Source: Planctomycetota bacterium
Lineage (GTDB): Bacteria > Planctomycetota > UBA1135 > UBA2386
Reading direction: 5' to 3'
DNA length: 64,000 nt
NCBI GenBank assembly: GCA_965223545.1
Contig: OZ245006.1
Location: forward strand, 7,392,001-7,456,000
A model generated the notes under the pieces. The model was not told the DNA's origin, ran no database searches, and saw only the letters and a program-made list of their open reading frames with translations. Shown here piece by piece: positions 28,231 through 38,066 of the stretch (positions within the stretch are counted from its first letter, which is position 1; each line of letters opens with the position of its first letter). The position numbers and the translations under genes were made by a program.

Positions 28231-30888
28231 TCACGGTGTGACGCCGCGCAGCCCGTTGCTCGCCGCAGCGCCCGCGACCGCACTTGCATCGAGCAGCCAC
28301 GCCTGCGCATACAAGCTCAACCCCGCGGGGACGCCCAGCGGCCAGCGCTGTTGCAGGAACGCGCTCCCCCGTGCGTCGGTCGACAGGGGCACCGCGACAT
28401 CCGGTCGCGGCACGAGCACTCCGCCGAGCAGTGGCAGGTCGACGCGGGCGCCGCCCAAGACCAACACCCCGGGTGCGCTCGCTGCGGCACGGTGGACGGC
28501 GAGGGTCAGCGGCGTCGCTGGCTGGAGGATACCGGTGCCGCGCAGCTGCGGTGGGCCCGCGGCGCCGGGCAGCGCGTTGCCAAGGTCGGTCCAGGCGTCG
28601 CCGCCGGTGCCGCGCAGGGTGATCAGCGCCGGATAGTACCAGCGTGCCGGCGAGCGCTCGACCTGAACCAAGACGTCTTGCACCGAGTCGCCGTCGAGGT
28701 CGGCCAGGGCCAGCCCGAACGGGCGCTCGTTGACACCGAGCCGCAGGTGTTCATCGAACGTGCCATCGCCCCGGTTGCGCCAGAACGACACGTCCTGCGC
28801 GCCGAAGTTGCCGGCCAGCAAGTCGACGTCGCCGTCGCCATCCGCGTCGCCGGCGACCAGCATGTTGAAGTTGCTCACCGAGATCGCCGCGCGGCTGGCG
28901 CGGTAGCTGCGCGGCGGCTTCAGCAACCCCGCGATGCCGCGCCCCAGCAGGATCGACATGGTCAGCGAGTTCGCGTCCAGCGTTGCCGCGTCCAGGTTGC
29001 CGTCGCCGTCGTAGTCGGCAAGCGCGATCTCGGTGACCGCGAATCCCGACTGGAAGGTGGCCGGCGTGCCGAACGTGCCGTCGCCGTTGCCCAGGCTGAC
29101 CTCGACCCACCCCTGAATGCCGCTGTTGGTGACCAGGTCGATGGTGCCGTCGTTGTCCATGTCGCCGGCCTCGACCGCGTCGAAGTAGTTGCTGACCTCG
29201 TGTCCGGCGAATGCGGCGAAGGCGCCGCCGTCGCGCCGCGAAACCTGCACCTCGTCGTTGCAGCCGGCGACCAGGGCGTCGAGGTCACCGTCTCGGTCGA
29301 CGTCGGCCAACCGCAGCTCGTCGGCCTCGCATGCCAGGCCCGGCCCCGCGCGCTCGGCGTCCAGCGAGCCGTCGCCCCGGTTCAGGCGCCAGCGGAGCCG
29401 CGTGGGGAAGCGGTCGTCCATCCAGACGACGTCGAGGTCGCCATCGCCGTCGAGGTCTCCCAGCGCGAGCGTCTTGGCCATCATCGGCGCGCGGTAGAAC
29501 GTCGAGGGCGCGAACTGACCACCCCCGATGCCGAGCGCCACGGCGAGGCCCCAGTTGCTGCCGGAGCCGAAGTTCTCGCTGTAGCCGACCACGACGTCGA
29601 GAACGCCGTCGCCGTCGAGGTCGCCGGTGCGCATCTCGCCGTACGAGCAGGGCGCCCAGCTGAGCGGCACGAGGTCGTGGTGCTGCGCCACCGGGTAGGC
29701 GCCGTCGCCAGGGTTCTTGTGCACGCCGACCGTCGTCGAGCCGGTCGACACCGCGGTGATGTCGAGGTCGCCGTCGCCGTCGAGGTCGGCCGGCACCGCG
29801 CCGCTGAGGCCATTGCCCGAGCGATAGGGCTGCGCCGTGCCGAACCCGCCGCTGCCGTCGCCGGCGACGATCGAGAACCCGAACACGCTGCGTTGGCCGA
29901 TGCAGAGGTCCACCCAGCCATCGCCGGTGACGTCCGCGACGTGCAGCGAGGTGCCGGCGTCGCGGCCGGCGACCAACGGGATCACGGTCAGGGGATCGAA
30001 GCTGCCGTCACCGCGGTTGCGCAGCAGGCCGACGTGGCCGGTCGGGCCCTGAAACGCACCGGAGCCGGCGCGCTCGGCGGTGTACAGCAGGTCGGCATCC
30101 CCGTCGCGATCGACGTCGTGCAGCGCCACGGCCGGCAGGTTGTCGAGCTGGATGACCGGTGAGCCCATGTGCACCACCGGCGCGTCGAAGCCACCGCTGC
30201 CGCTGAGCATCACCGACAGGTCGTGCATCTCGCCGGCGATGACCAGGTCGGGCCTTCCATCGCCGTCGAGGTCGCCGGAGGCCGCTGCCGAGGACGAGCT
30301 CGGCAGCGTGCGGATCACCGGTGGCGCGAACGCGCCACCGCCCAGGTTGCGCAAGTACGCCCAGCTGTTGCCGGCACTGATGAGGTTGTCGTGCGCCACC
30401 GCCAGGTCGGCGTCGCCATCGCCGTCGAAGTCGGCCGCGGTGATGCCGGTCGGTCCCGGACCGGCGACATAGACTCCGCCGCGGACGAAGCCCGCGCCGC
30501 CGTCATTGAGCAGCACCGTGACCGTCGTGCCGTCCCACAGCATGCCGGTGTTGGCGACGGCCAGATCCAGATCGCCGTCGCCGTCGAGGTCGGCGGCCAC
30601 CATGCCACCACTCGGCCCGGCGACCGGGTAGAACGACGGCGGGCCAAAGCCACCGCGGCCGTCGCCCCGCAGCACGACGACGTTGGCGCCGGGGCCCCAG
30701 CTGGCGGCGGCGAGGTCGAGGTTGCCGTCGCCGTCGAAGTCGGCCACTTGTGGCGCCGAGGGCACGAGAGCCTCGGTCGAGAGCGATACGTCGAACACGG
30801 TGCTCGGCGCGTCGAACTCGAAGTGCTGCGCGCTCGCGGGGAGGGCCGCCGCACACGCGGCAACCACGGAACAGAGAGCTCGGTTCAT
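28231..30888 (-). CDS. Secreted FG-GAP/VCBS repeat protein
   Basis: Signal peptide; more than 10 DxDGDGDxD Ca-binding repeats; distinct 120-aa C-terminal domain. Confidence 0.9.
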   Translation of the reverse strand: MNRALCSVVAACAAALPASAQHFEFDAPSTVFDVSLSTEALVPSAPQVADFDGDGNLDLAAASWGPGANVVVLRGDGRGGFGPPSFYPVAGPSGGMVAADLDGDGDLDLAVANTGMLWDGTTVTVLLNDGGAGFVRGGVYVAGPGPTGITAADFDGDGDADLAVAHDNLISAGNSWAYLRNLGGGAFAPPVIRTLPSSSSAAASGDLDGDGRPDLVIAGEMHDLSVMLSGSGGFDAPVVHMGSPVIQLDNLPAVALHDVDRDGDADLLYTAERAGSGAFQGPTGHVGLLRNRGDGSFDPLTVIPLVAGRDAGTSLHVADVTGDGWVDLCIGQRSVFGFSIVAGDGSGGFGTAQPYRSGNGLSGAVPADLDGDGDLDITAVSTGSTTVGVHKNPGDGAYPVAQHHDLVPLSWAPCSYGEMRTGDLDGDGVLDVVVGYSENFGSGSNWGLAVALGIGGGQFAPSTFYRAPMMAKTLALGDLDGDGDLDVVWMDDRFPTRLRWRLNRGDGSLDAERAGPGLACEADELRLADVDRDGDLDALVAGCNDEVQVSRRDGGAFAAFAGHEVSNYFDAVEAGDMDNDGTIDLVTNSGIQGWVEVSLGNGDGTFGTPATFQSGFAVTEIALADYDGDGNLDAATLDANSLTMSILLGRGIAGLLKPPRSYRASRAAISVSNFNMLVAGDADGDGDVDLLAGNFGAQDVSFWRNRGDGTFDEHLRLGVNERPFGLALADLDGDSVQDVLVQVERSPARWYYPALITLRGTGGDAWTDLGNALPGAAGPPQLRGTGILQPATPLTLAVHRAAASAPGVLVLGGARVDLPLLGGVLVPRPDVAVPLSTDARGSAFLQQRWPLGVPAGLSLYAQAWLLDASAVAGAAASNGLRGVTP

Positions 30889-30920
30889 GATCGGTGGGAT
30901 TGGGTTGGCGCCGAGGAGGT

Positions 30921-33617
30921 TCAGTACTGCGTGCCCTGCAGGGCGTTGCTGGCGGTGACACCGCTCGGGCCGGTCGGGTCCAGGATCCAGCTCTGCGCGA
31001 ACAGCGAGATGCCGGTGGGGACGCCGACCGGGATCGGCAGAGTCAGGCTCGATGCGCCGAGTGGGTCGGTGGCAAACGGCGTCAACAGATCCGGCCGCGG
31101 CACGAGCAGACCGCCCAGCAGCGGCTGGTCGACGCGCTGCAGGCCGAGGACGTGCACGCCTGCGGCGGCGGCCGCCGCGTTGGCGAGATCGAGTTGCACG
31201 GACTGGCCGCCGACGACCGGCGTCGCGCTCTGCAGGGTCGGTGCTCCCAGCGCGCCGCCGAGCGCACTCCGCAGGTTGCGCCACGCGCTGCCGGCGGTGC
31301 CGGGCAGCACCGCGGCGGCGGGAAAGAAGCTCAGCGATGCGCCGGGCACGATGCCGACGACGAGATCCTCGATCGCGTCGCCGGTGACATCCGCCCAGAC
31401 CAGATCGAACACCTCGTCACCGGTTCCGTAGCGCAGCTGCCGATCGAAGGTGCCGTCGCCGCGGTTGCGGTAGACGGAGACATCGCGCGAGCTCCAGTTG
31501 CCGGTCATCAGGTCGAGATCCCCGTCGCCGTCGATGTCGCCGGCCGTGATCCGGCGCGCGTTGCTGAGCGCGGGGTCATAGGCGCTCTCGTAGTGGACCG
31601 CCGGGAAGAAGCCGCCGTCCCCGAAGCCGATCAGCACCGACACGGTGGATTGGCCCTTGTTCTGCCCGAGGTTGGAGGTCGCGAGGTCGAGGTTGCCGTC
31701 GCGGTTGAAGTCGGCCACGGCGATCGACAGCGGACCGCGCTCGGTCACCGACGTCAGCGGTGTGCCGAACGTGCCGTCGCCGTTGCCGAGGCTGACCTCG
31801 ATGCCGTTGAAGCCGCTGTTGGTGACCAGATCGGCGATGCCGTCGTTGTCGATGTCGGCGTGGGTGACGAAGGTGGTGAAGGTGCTGAGCGTGTGCTGCG
31901 TGACGCGCGCGAACGTGCCGTCGCCGGCGTTGTGCAGCAAGAACAGGGGCTGGCCGTTGCCGCCCCCGCAGAAGGCCGCCGCCGAGACCGCCACGTCCAG
32001 ATCGCCGTCGCGGTCCATGTCGAAGGCGTGCACATCGCCGATCTTGCAGCCGCTGACCTGCCAGTCGCGCTGTGCGGCGAATGCGCCGCCGCCGAGGCCG
32101 CGTCGGGTGTGCACCTCGTAGGGGGGGAAGTCGTCGCCCCAGAGCAAATCGGTGATGCCATCGCCGTCGAGGTCGCGGAACTCGAGCTCGCGCGCTGCCA
32201 CCGGCGTGTTCAGTACGCGGGGTGCCGCGAAGGTGCCATCGCCGCGGTTGGCGAGCAGGCCGATGCCGCCCGCATTGCTGGTCGCCGGCGAGAACGCCAG
32301 ACCGAGGTCGAGGTCGCCATCGCCGTCGTAGTCGGCGCTGTCCATCGAGGTCGAGACGATCAGCCCCGATGTCGTGAACGGGTACGGCCGCGGGTCCGCG
32401 AACCGCCGCCCCACGGTGTTTTCGTAGACGCACAGGCCCAGCGCGAAGCGCGCCAGCACGAGGGCGTCGGCGCGGGCATCCGCGTTGATGTCGAGGATGT
32501 CGATGGCGATGGCCTCGGCGCCGGCCTGTAGACTGCGCGGCGTCGCGAACGCACCGCCTCCGGTCGATTCGAACAGCAGCCATTCGCCGTCGTTGAGGTG
32601 GGCGCTGGCGATGTCGGGCCAGCCGTCGAGGTCGAGGTCGCCGACCGCCAAGTCCGCCGCCCCCTGCGTCTCCGGCAGTGTGGTGAGGGCGACCGCCGCG
32701 CCGAATCGCCCGCTGCCGTCGTTGTGCAGCACCGCCACAGCACCCCGGCCGGATCCCGATTGGAACCCCGACTTGAGGCTGGAGTAGACCACGTCGAGGT
32801 CGCCGTCGAGGTCGAGGTCGGCGAGCTCGACGCAGGGGTAGAAGTCGCCGGCGAACTGGTTGGGCAGCACGGGGTAGCTGACCGGGGTCAGCTCCGCGGT
32901 GTTGTGGATGATCACCACGCGCTGTCCCTCGCGTGCGACCGCGAGGTCGGTCGTGCCATCGCCGTCGACGTCTCCCGTGGCGATGCGATAGGGACCGGCG
33001 CCCACCGGCACGCTGCCGGGAGGCCGGAAGCCGCCATTGCGGTCGTTGGTGAGCACGGACACCGTGCTGCCCTGGCCGAGGCGGCCGAAGTTGGCCACCG
33101 CCAGGTCGGTCCAGCCATCGCCGTCGAAGTCGGCGGCGGCGAGCCCGGTGGGGCCGGCGCCTGCCGGGAAGACCGCGCGGGGGGCGAAACTCCCGTCGCC
33201 GCGGTTTCGGTGCAAGGAGACCGTGCTGCCGCTGCCGGTGTTGCCGGTGTTCGCCACCACGACATCGATGTCGCCGTCCCGGTCGAAGTCGGCGACTTCG
33301 AGGTCGTTGGCGTCGTCCCAGAAGCCGGCGGCGGTGTCGTACAGCACCGGCGGGCCGAAGCTGCCGTCGCCGCGGCCGAACAGCACCCCCAGCTTCGGGA
33401 TCGCCGGCCCGTGCACGGTGACGACATCGAGCAGCCCGTCGCCGTCGAGGTCGGCCTGCCGCATCGACCACGGCATGCGGGCGAGGGTCGAGGAGCCGGT
33501 GTCGTAGGTGATCGAGCGGCTCTCGAAGTCGGGGACTTGGGCGGCGGCACCGGGTGCCAGCGTTGGCAGGACCAGCGTTGACAACGCGGCGAGTGCGATC
33601 GGAATGGGGGTGGACAT
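30921..33617 (-). CDS. Secreted FG-GAP/VCBS repeat protein (paralog)
   Basis: Same architecture as the downstream gene, with DLDGDG repeats and the same C-terminal domain. Confidence 0.9.
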   Translation of the reverse strand: MSTPIPIALAALSTLVLPTLAPGAAAQVPDFESRSITYDTGSSTLARMPWSMRQADLDGDGLLDVVTVHGPAIPKLGVLFGRGDGSFGPPVLYDTAAGFWDDANDLEVADFDRDGDIDVVVANTGNTGSGSTVSLHRNRGDGSFAPRAVFPAGAGPTGLAAADFDGDGWTDLAVANFGRLGQGSTVSVLTNDRNGGFRPPGSVPVGAGPYRIATGDVDGDGTTDLAVAREGQRVVIIHNTAELTPVSYPVLPNQFAGDFYPCVELADLDLDGDLDVVYSSLKSGFQSGSGRGAVAVLHNDGSGRFGAAVALTTLPETQGAADLAVGDLDLDGWPDIASAHLNDGEWLLFESTGGGAFATPRSLQAGAEAIAIDILDINADARADALVLARFALGLCVYENTVGRRFADPRPYPFTTSGLIVSTSMDSADYDGDGDLDLGLAFSPATSNAGGIGLLANRGDGTFAAPRVLNTPVAARELEFRDLDGDGITDLLWGDDFPPYEVHTRRGLGGGAFAAQRDWQVSGCKIGDVHAFDMDRDGDLDVAVSAAAFCGGGNGQPLFLLHNAGDGTFARVTQHTLSTFTTFVTHADIDNDGIADLVTNSGFNGIEVSLGNGDGTFGTPLTSVTERGPLSIAVADFNRDGNLDLATSNLGQNKGQSTVSVLIGFGDGGFFPAVHYESAYDPALSNARRITAGDIDGDGDLDLMTGNWSSRDVSVYRNRGDGTFDRQLRYGTGDEVFDLVWADVTGDAIEDLVVGIVPGASLSFFPAAAVLPGTAGSAWRNLRSALGGALGAPTLQSATPVVGGQSVQLDLANAAAAAAGVHVLGLQRVDQPLLGGLLVPRPDLLTPFATDPLGASSLTLPIPVGVPTGISLFAQSWILDPTGPSGVTASNALQGTQY

Positions 33618-33768
33618 TGGAGAATCGGTAGTGAGGGGGGCGACACCGCCCTTGCGAGGGGAGGGGTCCGGCCGCTGCCAAAAATTCCGGTCGCGAATCG
33701 GGGCGAGGCTCCGCCCCCGGCATGCGGCGTGCAAAGCTCTAGGGTGGGGCGCGCGCCGCCACTGCTCG

Positions 33769-34350
33769 ATGGCCCGACCGACCGAAATCACCATGCTCTT
33801 GGACCGTTCCGCCGCCGGCGACGCGGCGGCCGCGCAGGAGCTCGTTCCGCTGATCTACGACGAGCTGCACGCGATCGCCCGCCGGCAGATGCGGGTCGAA
33901 CGAGCCGGACACACCCTGCAGCCGACCGCCCTCGTGCACGAGGCCTACGTGCGGTTGCTGGGCACGGAAAAGGGCGGGTTTGCCAACCGAGCGCACTTCT
34001 TCGCCGCGGCGGCGCAGGCGGTGCGCCGCATTCTGGTCGAACACGCGCGGTCGCGCCGCCGGTTGCGCGCGGGCGGAGATCGAGGCCGCGCGGCGGACGT
34101 CGACGTCGGTCTCCTGCCGGCCGACCCGATGGACCAGCGGGTGCTGGCGGTCGACGAGGCCCTGCAGCGGCTGGCCGAGGAGCGCCCGCAACAGGCCAGG
34201 CTGGTCGAGCTGCGGTTCTTCGGTGGCCTGACGACGGAGGAAGCCGCGGTTGCGCTCGGTGTGGCCCCGCGCACCGCCGCGCGCGATTGGCTGGTGACCA
34301 AGGCGTGGCTGGCGCGCGCGCTGCGGCCGGAGGTGGACCAAGATGGCTGA
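33769..34350 (+). CDS. ECF sigma factor, kinase-associated (ECF43/TIGR02999-like)
   Basis: LVPLIYDELH, HTLQPTALVHEAYVRL, VELRFFGGL, ARDW..KAWL. Confidence 0.92.
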   Translation: MARPTEITMLLDRSAAGDAAAAQELVPLIYDELHAIARRQMRVERAGHTLQPTALVHEAYVRLLGTEKGGFANRAHFFAAAAQAVRRILVEHARSRRRLRAGGDRGRAADVDVGLLPADPMDQRVLAVDEALQRLAEERPQQARLVELRFFGGLTTEEAAVALGVAPRTAARDWLVTKAWLARALRPEVDQDG

Positions 34351-37027
34351 GCGGCAACCGTTGCCGTCGTGGGATCGCGTGGCCGAGCTGGTCTCCGCCC
34401 TGGCCGGGTTGCCGCCGGCGGAGCGCGCCGCCGCCCTCGAGCGGCAGTGTGGCAGCGATGCCGCGCTGCGCGCCGAGGTCGAGTCGCTGCTCTCCCACCA
34501 CGACGAGCCGTTGGACTTCTTGGAGCGGCCGGCGCTCGGCCGCTCGTTCACGGTCGCCGCCGCCAGCGACGATCCGGCCGACGATCCGATCCTGGGTCGG
34601 CGGCTGGGGGTGTATCGCGTCGATGCGCGCGTCGGCTCCGGCGGGATGGGGTCGGTGTACCGCGGCAGTCGCCAGGATGGTCTCGTCGAGCAGACCGTGG
34701 CCATCAAGTTGGTCCACCCTTGGCGCTGCACGCCCGAGGTCGTGGCGCGCTTTCAGCGCGAGTGGCAGGCCCTGGCGGCGCTGTCGCACCCGCAGATCGC
34801 CAAGCTGCTGGACGCCGGCTTGGCGGACGACGGGACGCCGTTCTTGATCATGGATTTCGTCGAGGGCCGGCCGATCGACGAGCACTGCGACGCGTTGCGC
34901 CTGACGGTGCCGCAGCGTCTCGAGCTCGTCGAGCGCGTCGCCCGGGTCGTGCACTACGCCCACCAAAACCTGATCGTGCACCGCGACCTGAAGCCGGCCA
35001 ACATCTTGGTCACCGCCGCGGGCGACCCGGTGTTGCTCGACTTCGGCATCGCCAAGATGCTGCAACCGGGGGCGGCCGCCGCGCCCACCGCAACCCGCGC
35101 GGCGATGATGACGCCGGACTACGCCAGCCCCGAGCAGATCCGCGGCGAGGCGCCGACGACCGGGTCGGACGTGTACTCGCTCGGCGTCTTGCTCTACGAG
35201 CTGCTGGTCGGCTGCCGACCGTATCGGTTCACGACGCGTTCGGTCGCCGCGATGCGCTCGGTGCTCGATGATCGGGAGCCAGCGCGGCCGAGCACCCGAG
35301 TGCGGCAGGCCGGCGAGCCCGCGGGGGTCGAGTCCGAGCCGTCGGGGGCGGCCGCCGTGGGTGCCGTGGAGCTCGCCGAGCGGCGGGGGACCACGCCGCG
35401 TCGGCTCTACCGCTTGCTGCGCGGCGAGCTCGACAACGTCGTGTTGATGGCCATGCGCAAGGATCCGGCGCGCCGCTACGGGTCGGCCGAACAGCTCGCC
35501 GCAGACCTGCGACGCCATCGCGCCGGCTTGCCGGTGGCCGCGCGGCCGGACACCTGGCGCTACCGGGGCGCGAAGTTCCTGCTCCGCAATCGCGCTGTGG
35601 TCGCGCTCGCTGCCATCGCGGTCACGGCCTTGGTCGCGGGAAGCGTGGCGACGTGGCGGCAGGCACTGGTGGCCGCGCGCGAAGCCGAGCACGCCGGCAT
35701 CGAGGCGCGGTCGGCGCAGCGACTGGCCGACGTCGTCGTCGATGCGTTGTTGGCCTCGACGCCGGAGCAAGCGGATGTGCAGCGCGACCGGATCGAGCGG
35801 CTGTTGGCGCAGCACGCTGCCGCGGCGCGGCGCGAGCTGGCCCACCGCCCGCACGTGCGCGCCAACTTGATCGATGCGCTCGGCCGGGTCTGCGGTCGAC
35901 TCGGGCAGCACGACGCGGCGTTGGCGCTGGTCGACGAGGCCGCCGGCGTGCGCCGCGAGGCGTTCGGCGAGCAGAGCTTGGAGTGGGCGCTGAGCGAGAG
36001 CTCTCGTGGCGAGCTCGCGGTGCGCCGCAGCGACTACGCCGCTGCGCGGGAGCACTTTGCCCGTGCTCTACAGCTCCAGCAGGCGTTGCCCGTCGGTGTG
36101 CACACCGACGTCGGGCGCGCCTACAACGACCTGGCAGTCGCCGAGCGCGCGCTCGGCAACGTCGGCCGCGCGGAGGAGCTGCACCACGCCGCGCTCGATG
36201 TCCGGCGCGGCGCGCATGGCGCGCGCACCGTGGCCGTGGCCGAGAGCCTGAACAACCTGGCGATGATCCACCTGGCGCGGGGCGCGCTGCCGCTGGCGGT
36301 GCGCGACTTGACCGAGGCGTTGGCGATCCGGCGAGAGCAGCTGGGCGCCGGGCACCCGTTGGTGGCACAGAGTCTCAACAACCTGGCCGGAGTGCAGCAG
36401 CGGCAGGGGGACACGGCGGCGGCTCAGGCGACGCTGGAGCAGGCCGTGCGCAGCTACGCCGAGCAGGCGGTCGCCGATCCGGAGGCCTTCGGCCGAACCC
36501 TGACCAACTTGGCCGAGGTCATGGCGCTGCGCGGAGACGATTCGGGCGCGCTGCAGCGCGCTGAAGAGGCGCTCGCCATGCGCCGCGAGCACCACGGTGA
36601 CGACGCGCACCCGAGCGTGGCGCGGGCACAGCTGGTGGTGGCGAAGCTCGAGGGGCGGCTCGGCCGCCATGCCGACGCGCTGCCACGGTTCGAAGCCGCC
36701 CTGGCGGTGTTGCGGTCGGCGCTTCCCGCCGGCGGTGACCGGTTCGCGGCTGCGCTGTGCAGCCATGGCACCGCGCTGCTGGCCGCCGGCCGGACCGCGG
36801 ACGCCGAGAGCGTCTACCGCGATGCGATCGCGCAGATGCGCGCCGCCGATACGAAGCGCGCCGATTTGCGGGGTGCCGCCCTGTTGGGGCTGGCGGTTGT
36901 CCTGCAGCGCGACGGTCGCGCGGCCGAGGCTGTTCCGTTCGCCCGGCAGGCCGCGGAGTGCTTCGGCGAGCGCTTTCCTGCCCAAGCGCAGCGTGCGCGA
37001 GAGTTGCTGGTGGCTCTCGGGGGGTGA
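34343..37027 (+). CDS. Ser/Thr protein kinase with TM segment and TPR repeats
   Basis: GSGGMGSVY, VAIK, HRDLKPAN, DFG, YASPEQ; TM helix; SLNNLA TPR repeats. Confidence 0.95.
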   Translation: MAERQPLPSWDRVAELVSALAGLPPAERAAALERQCGSDAALRAEVESLLSHHDEPLDFLERPALGRSFTVAAASDDPADDPILGRRLGVYRVDARVGSGGMGSVYRGSRQDGLVEQTVAIKLVHPWRCTPEVVARFQREWQALAALSHPQIAKLLDAGLADDGTPFLIMDFVEGRPIDEHCDALRLTVPQRLELVERVARVVHYAHQNLIVHRDLKPANILVTAAGDPVLLDFGIAKMLQPGAAAAPTATRAAMMTPDYASPEQIRGEAPTTGSDVYSLGVLLYELLVGCRPYRFTTRSVAAMRSVLDDREPARPSTRVRQAGEPAGVESEPSGAAAVGAVELAERRGTTPRRLYRLLRGELDNVVLMAMRKDPARRYGSAEQLAADLRRHRAGLPVAARPDTWRYRGAKFLLRNRAVVALAAIAVTALVAGSVATWRQALVAAREAEHAGIEARSAQRLADVVVDALLASTPEQADVQRDRIERLLAQHAAAARRELAHRPHVRANLIDALGRVCGRLGQHDAALALVDEAAGVRREAFGEQSLEWALSESSRGELAVRRSDYAAAREHFARALQLQQALPVGVHTDVGRAYNDLAVAERALGNVGRAEELHHAALDVRRGAHGARTVAVAESLNNLAMIHLARGALPLAVRDLTEALAIRREQLGAGHPLVAQSLNNLAGVQQRQGDTAAAQATLEQAVRSYAEQAVADPEAFGRTLTNLAEVMALRGDDSGALQRAEEALAMRREHHGDDAHPSVARAQLVVAKLEGRLGRHADALPRFEAALAVLRSALPAGGDRFAAALCSHGTALLAAGRTADAESVYRDAIAQMRAADTKRADLRGAALLGLAVVLQRDGRAAEAVPFARQAAECFGERFPAQAQRARELLVALGG

Positions 37028-37070
37028 GGCGCCGCTCCGCTCGGCAGAGTGACCCCGGTCCGGCCGCAGG

Positions 37071-38066
37071 TCAGAACCGTTCGAGCAGCTGCGCCGCGTA
37101 GCGGCGGTGGCCGGCAGCGGTCGGGTGCACGTCCTTGCCGGGGATCTGTTGGTAGCGCGCGTCGTCTTCAGGGTTGCCCGCCGGCAGCGAGAGGTCGGCC
37201 ACCGGAATGCCCAGGCCACGGACGTGGCGGATCGTGGGCGAGTCCATCGTGCGCGGGTCGATCTGCTGGGAGACGATCGCGACCGACAGCTCGATCCGGT
37301 GCGCCGTGCACAGCGCGTGCAGCTCGTCGAAGATCGCCTTCTCGACCTCGACCGCCTCCGCGTGCGGCGTCGGTGCAGCCGCGAGCGCGTCGTGCCAAGC
37401 CGCTCGGTCGTCGGCGTACGGGATGAGCTGCACGGTGAGCGCGCCGTTGGACAGGCCCGCGGCCGCGATGTGTCGCCGGCCGGACTCATCGAACCGACCT
37501 GGCGGATTGAAGCGCGCCAGCCAGTCCGAACTGCCGACGTTGCGCTCGGGTTGCCACGAGCCGTAGAAGAACACCAGCCAGCGTGGCAAGCGGCGCTGGT
37601 GGGCGACCGCGTCTCGCAGGCGCAACAACGCTTGCAGGCTGCCGTAGCTGGAGCAGCCGTAGTTGCGCACTTTCAGTGCGGGGCGGTTCTGTTGGACGAT
37701 CCAGGCGAAGGTTTCGTCATTGCTCAAGCCGTCACCGGCGACGAACGAGCAGCCCATCAGCCAAAGCTCCGGCCGGCGATCGTCGGTTCGTGCGACGAGG
37801 CTGGTGGCCTTGGTGCCATCGGCGTCGATCACCACCCACTTGGCTCCGCGCTCGCCGCCGATGTCGTAGTCGAAGCGGTGCAGCCCCGGCTGGAACCGGT
37901 AGCCGAGCACCGGGTCACCGATGTAGTAGGGTCCGGTCTGCAGGCCGGCGACCAGATGTCCGCCGAGCTTCTGCGGCGGGCGTGGTCGCAGCGCGAGCAC
38001 CAGCGCGGCAGCCGCGAGCGCTGCGGTGCCGGCGAGGGTCACCTTGAACCACGTCTCACGCTTCAC
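37071..38066 (-). CDS. Membrane-anchored SGNH-like hydrolase
   Basis: DPVLGY, MGCSFVAG, NYGCSSYG, DVHPT. GTGA overlap with the TonB gene. Confidence 0.75.
   Translation of the reverse strand: MKRETWFKVTLAGTAALAAAALVLALRPRPPQKLGGHLVAGLQTGPYYIGDPVLGYRFQPGLHRFDYDIGGERGAKWVVIDADGTKATSLVARTDDRRPELWLMGCSFVAGDGLSNDETFAWIVQQNRPALKVRNYGCSSYGSLQALLRLRDAVAHQRRLPRWLVFFYGSWQPERNVGSSDWLARFNPPGRFDESGRRHIAAAGLSNGALTVQLIPYADDRAAWHDALAAAPTPHAEAVEVEKAIFDELHALCTAHRIELSVAIVSQQIDPRTMDSPTIRHVRGLGIPVADLSLPAGNPEDDARYQQIPGKDVHPTAAGHRRYAAQLLERF

Noticed and set aside
28231..33617. Recurring GTCGCCGTCGAGGTC-like nucleotide repeats
   Set aside because: They encode DxDGDG FG-GAP motifs; degenerate and irregularly spaced, so not CRISPR.
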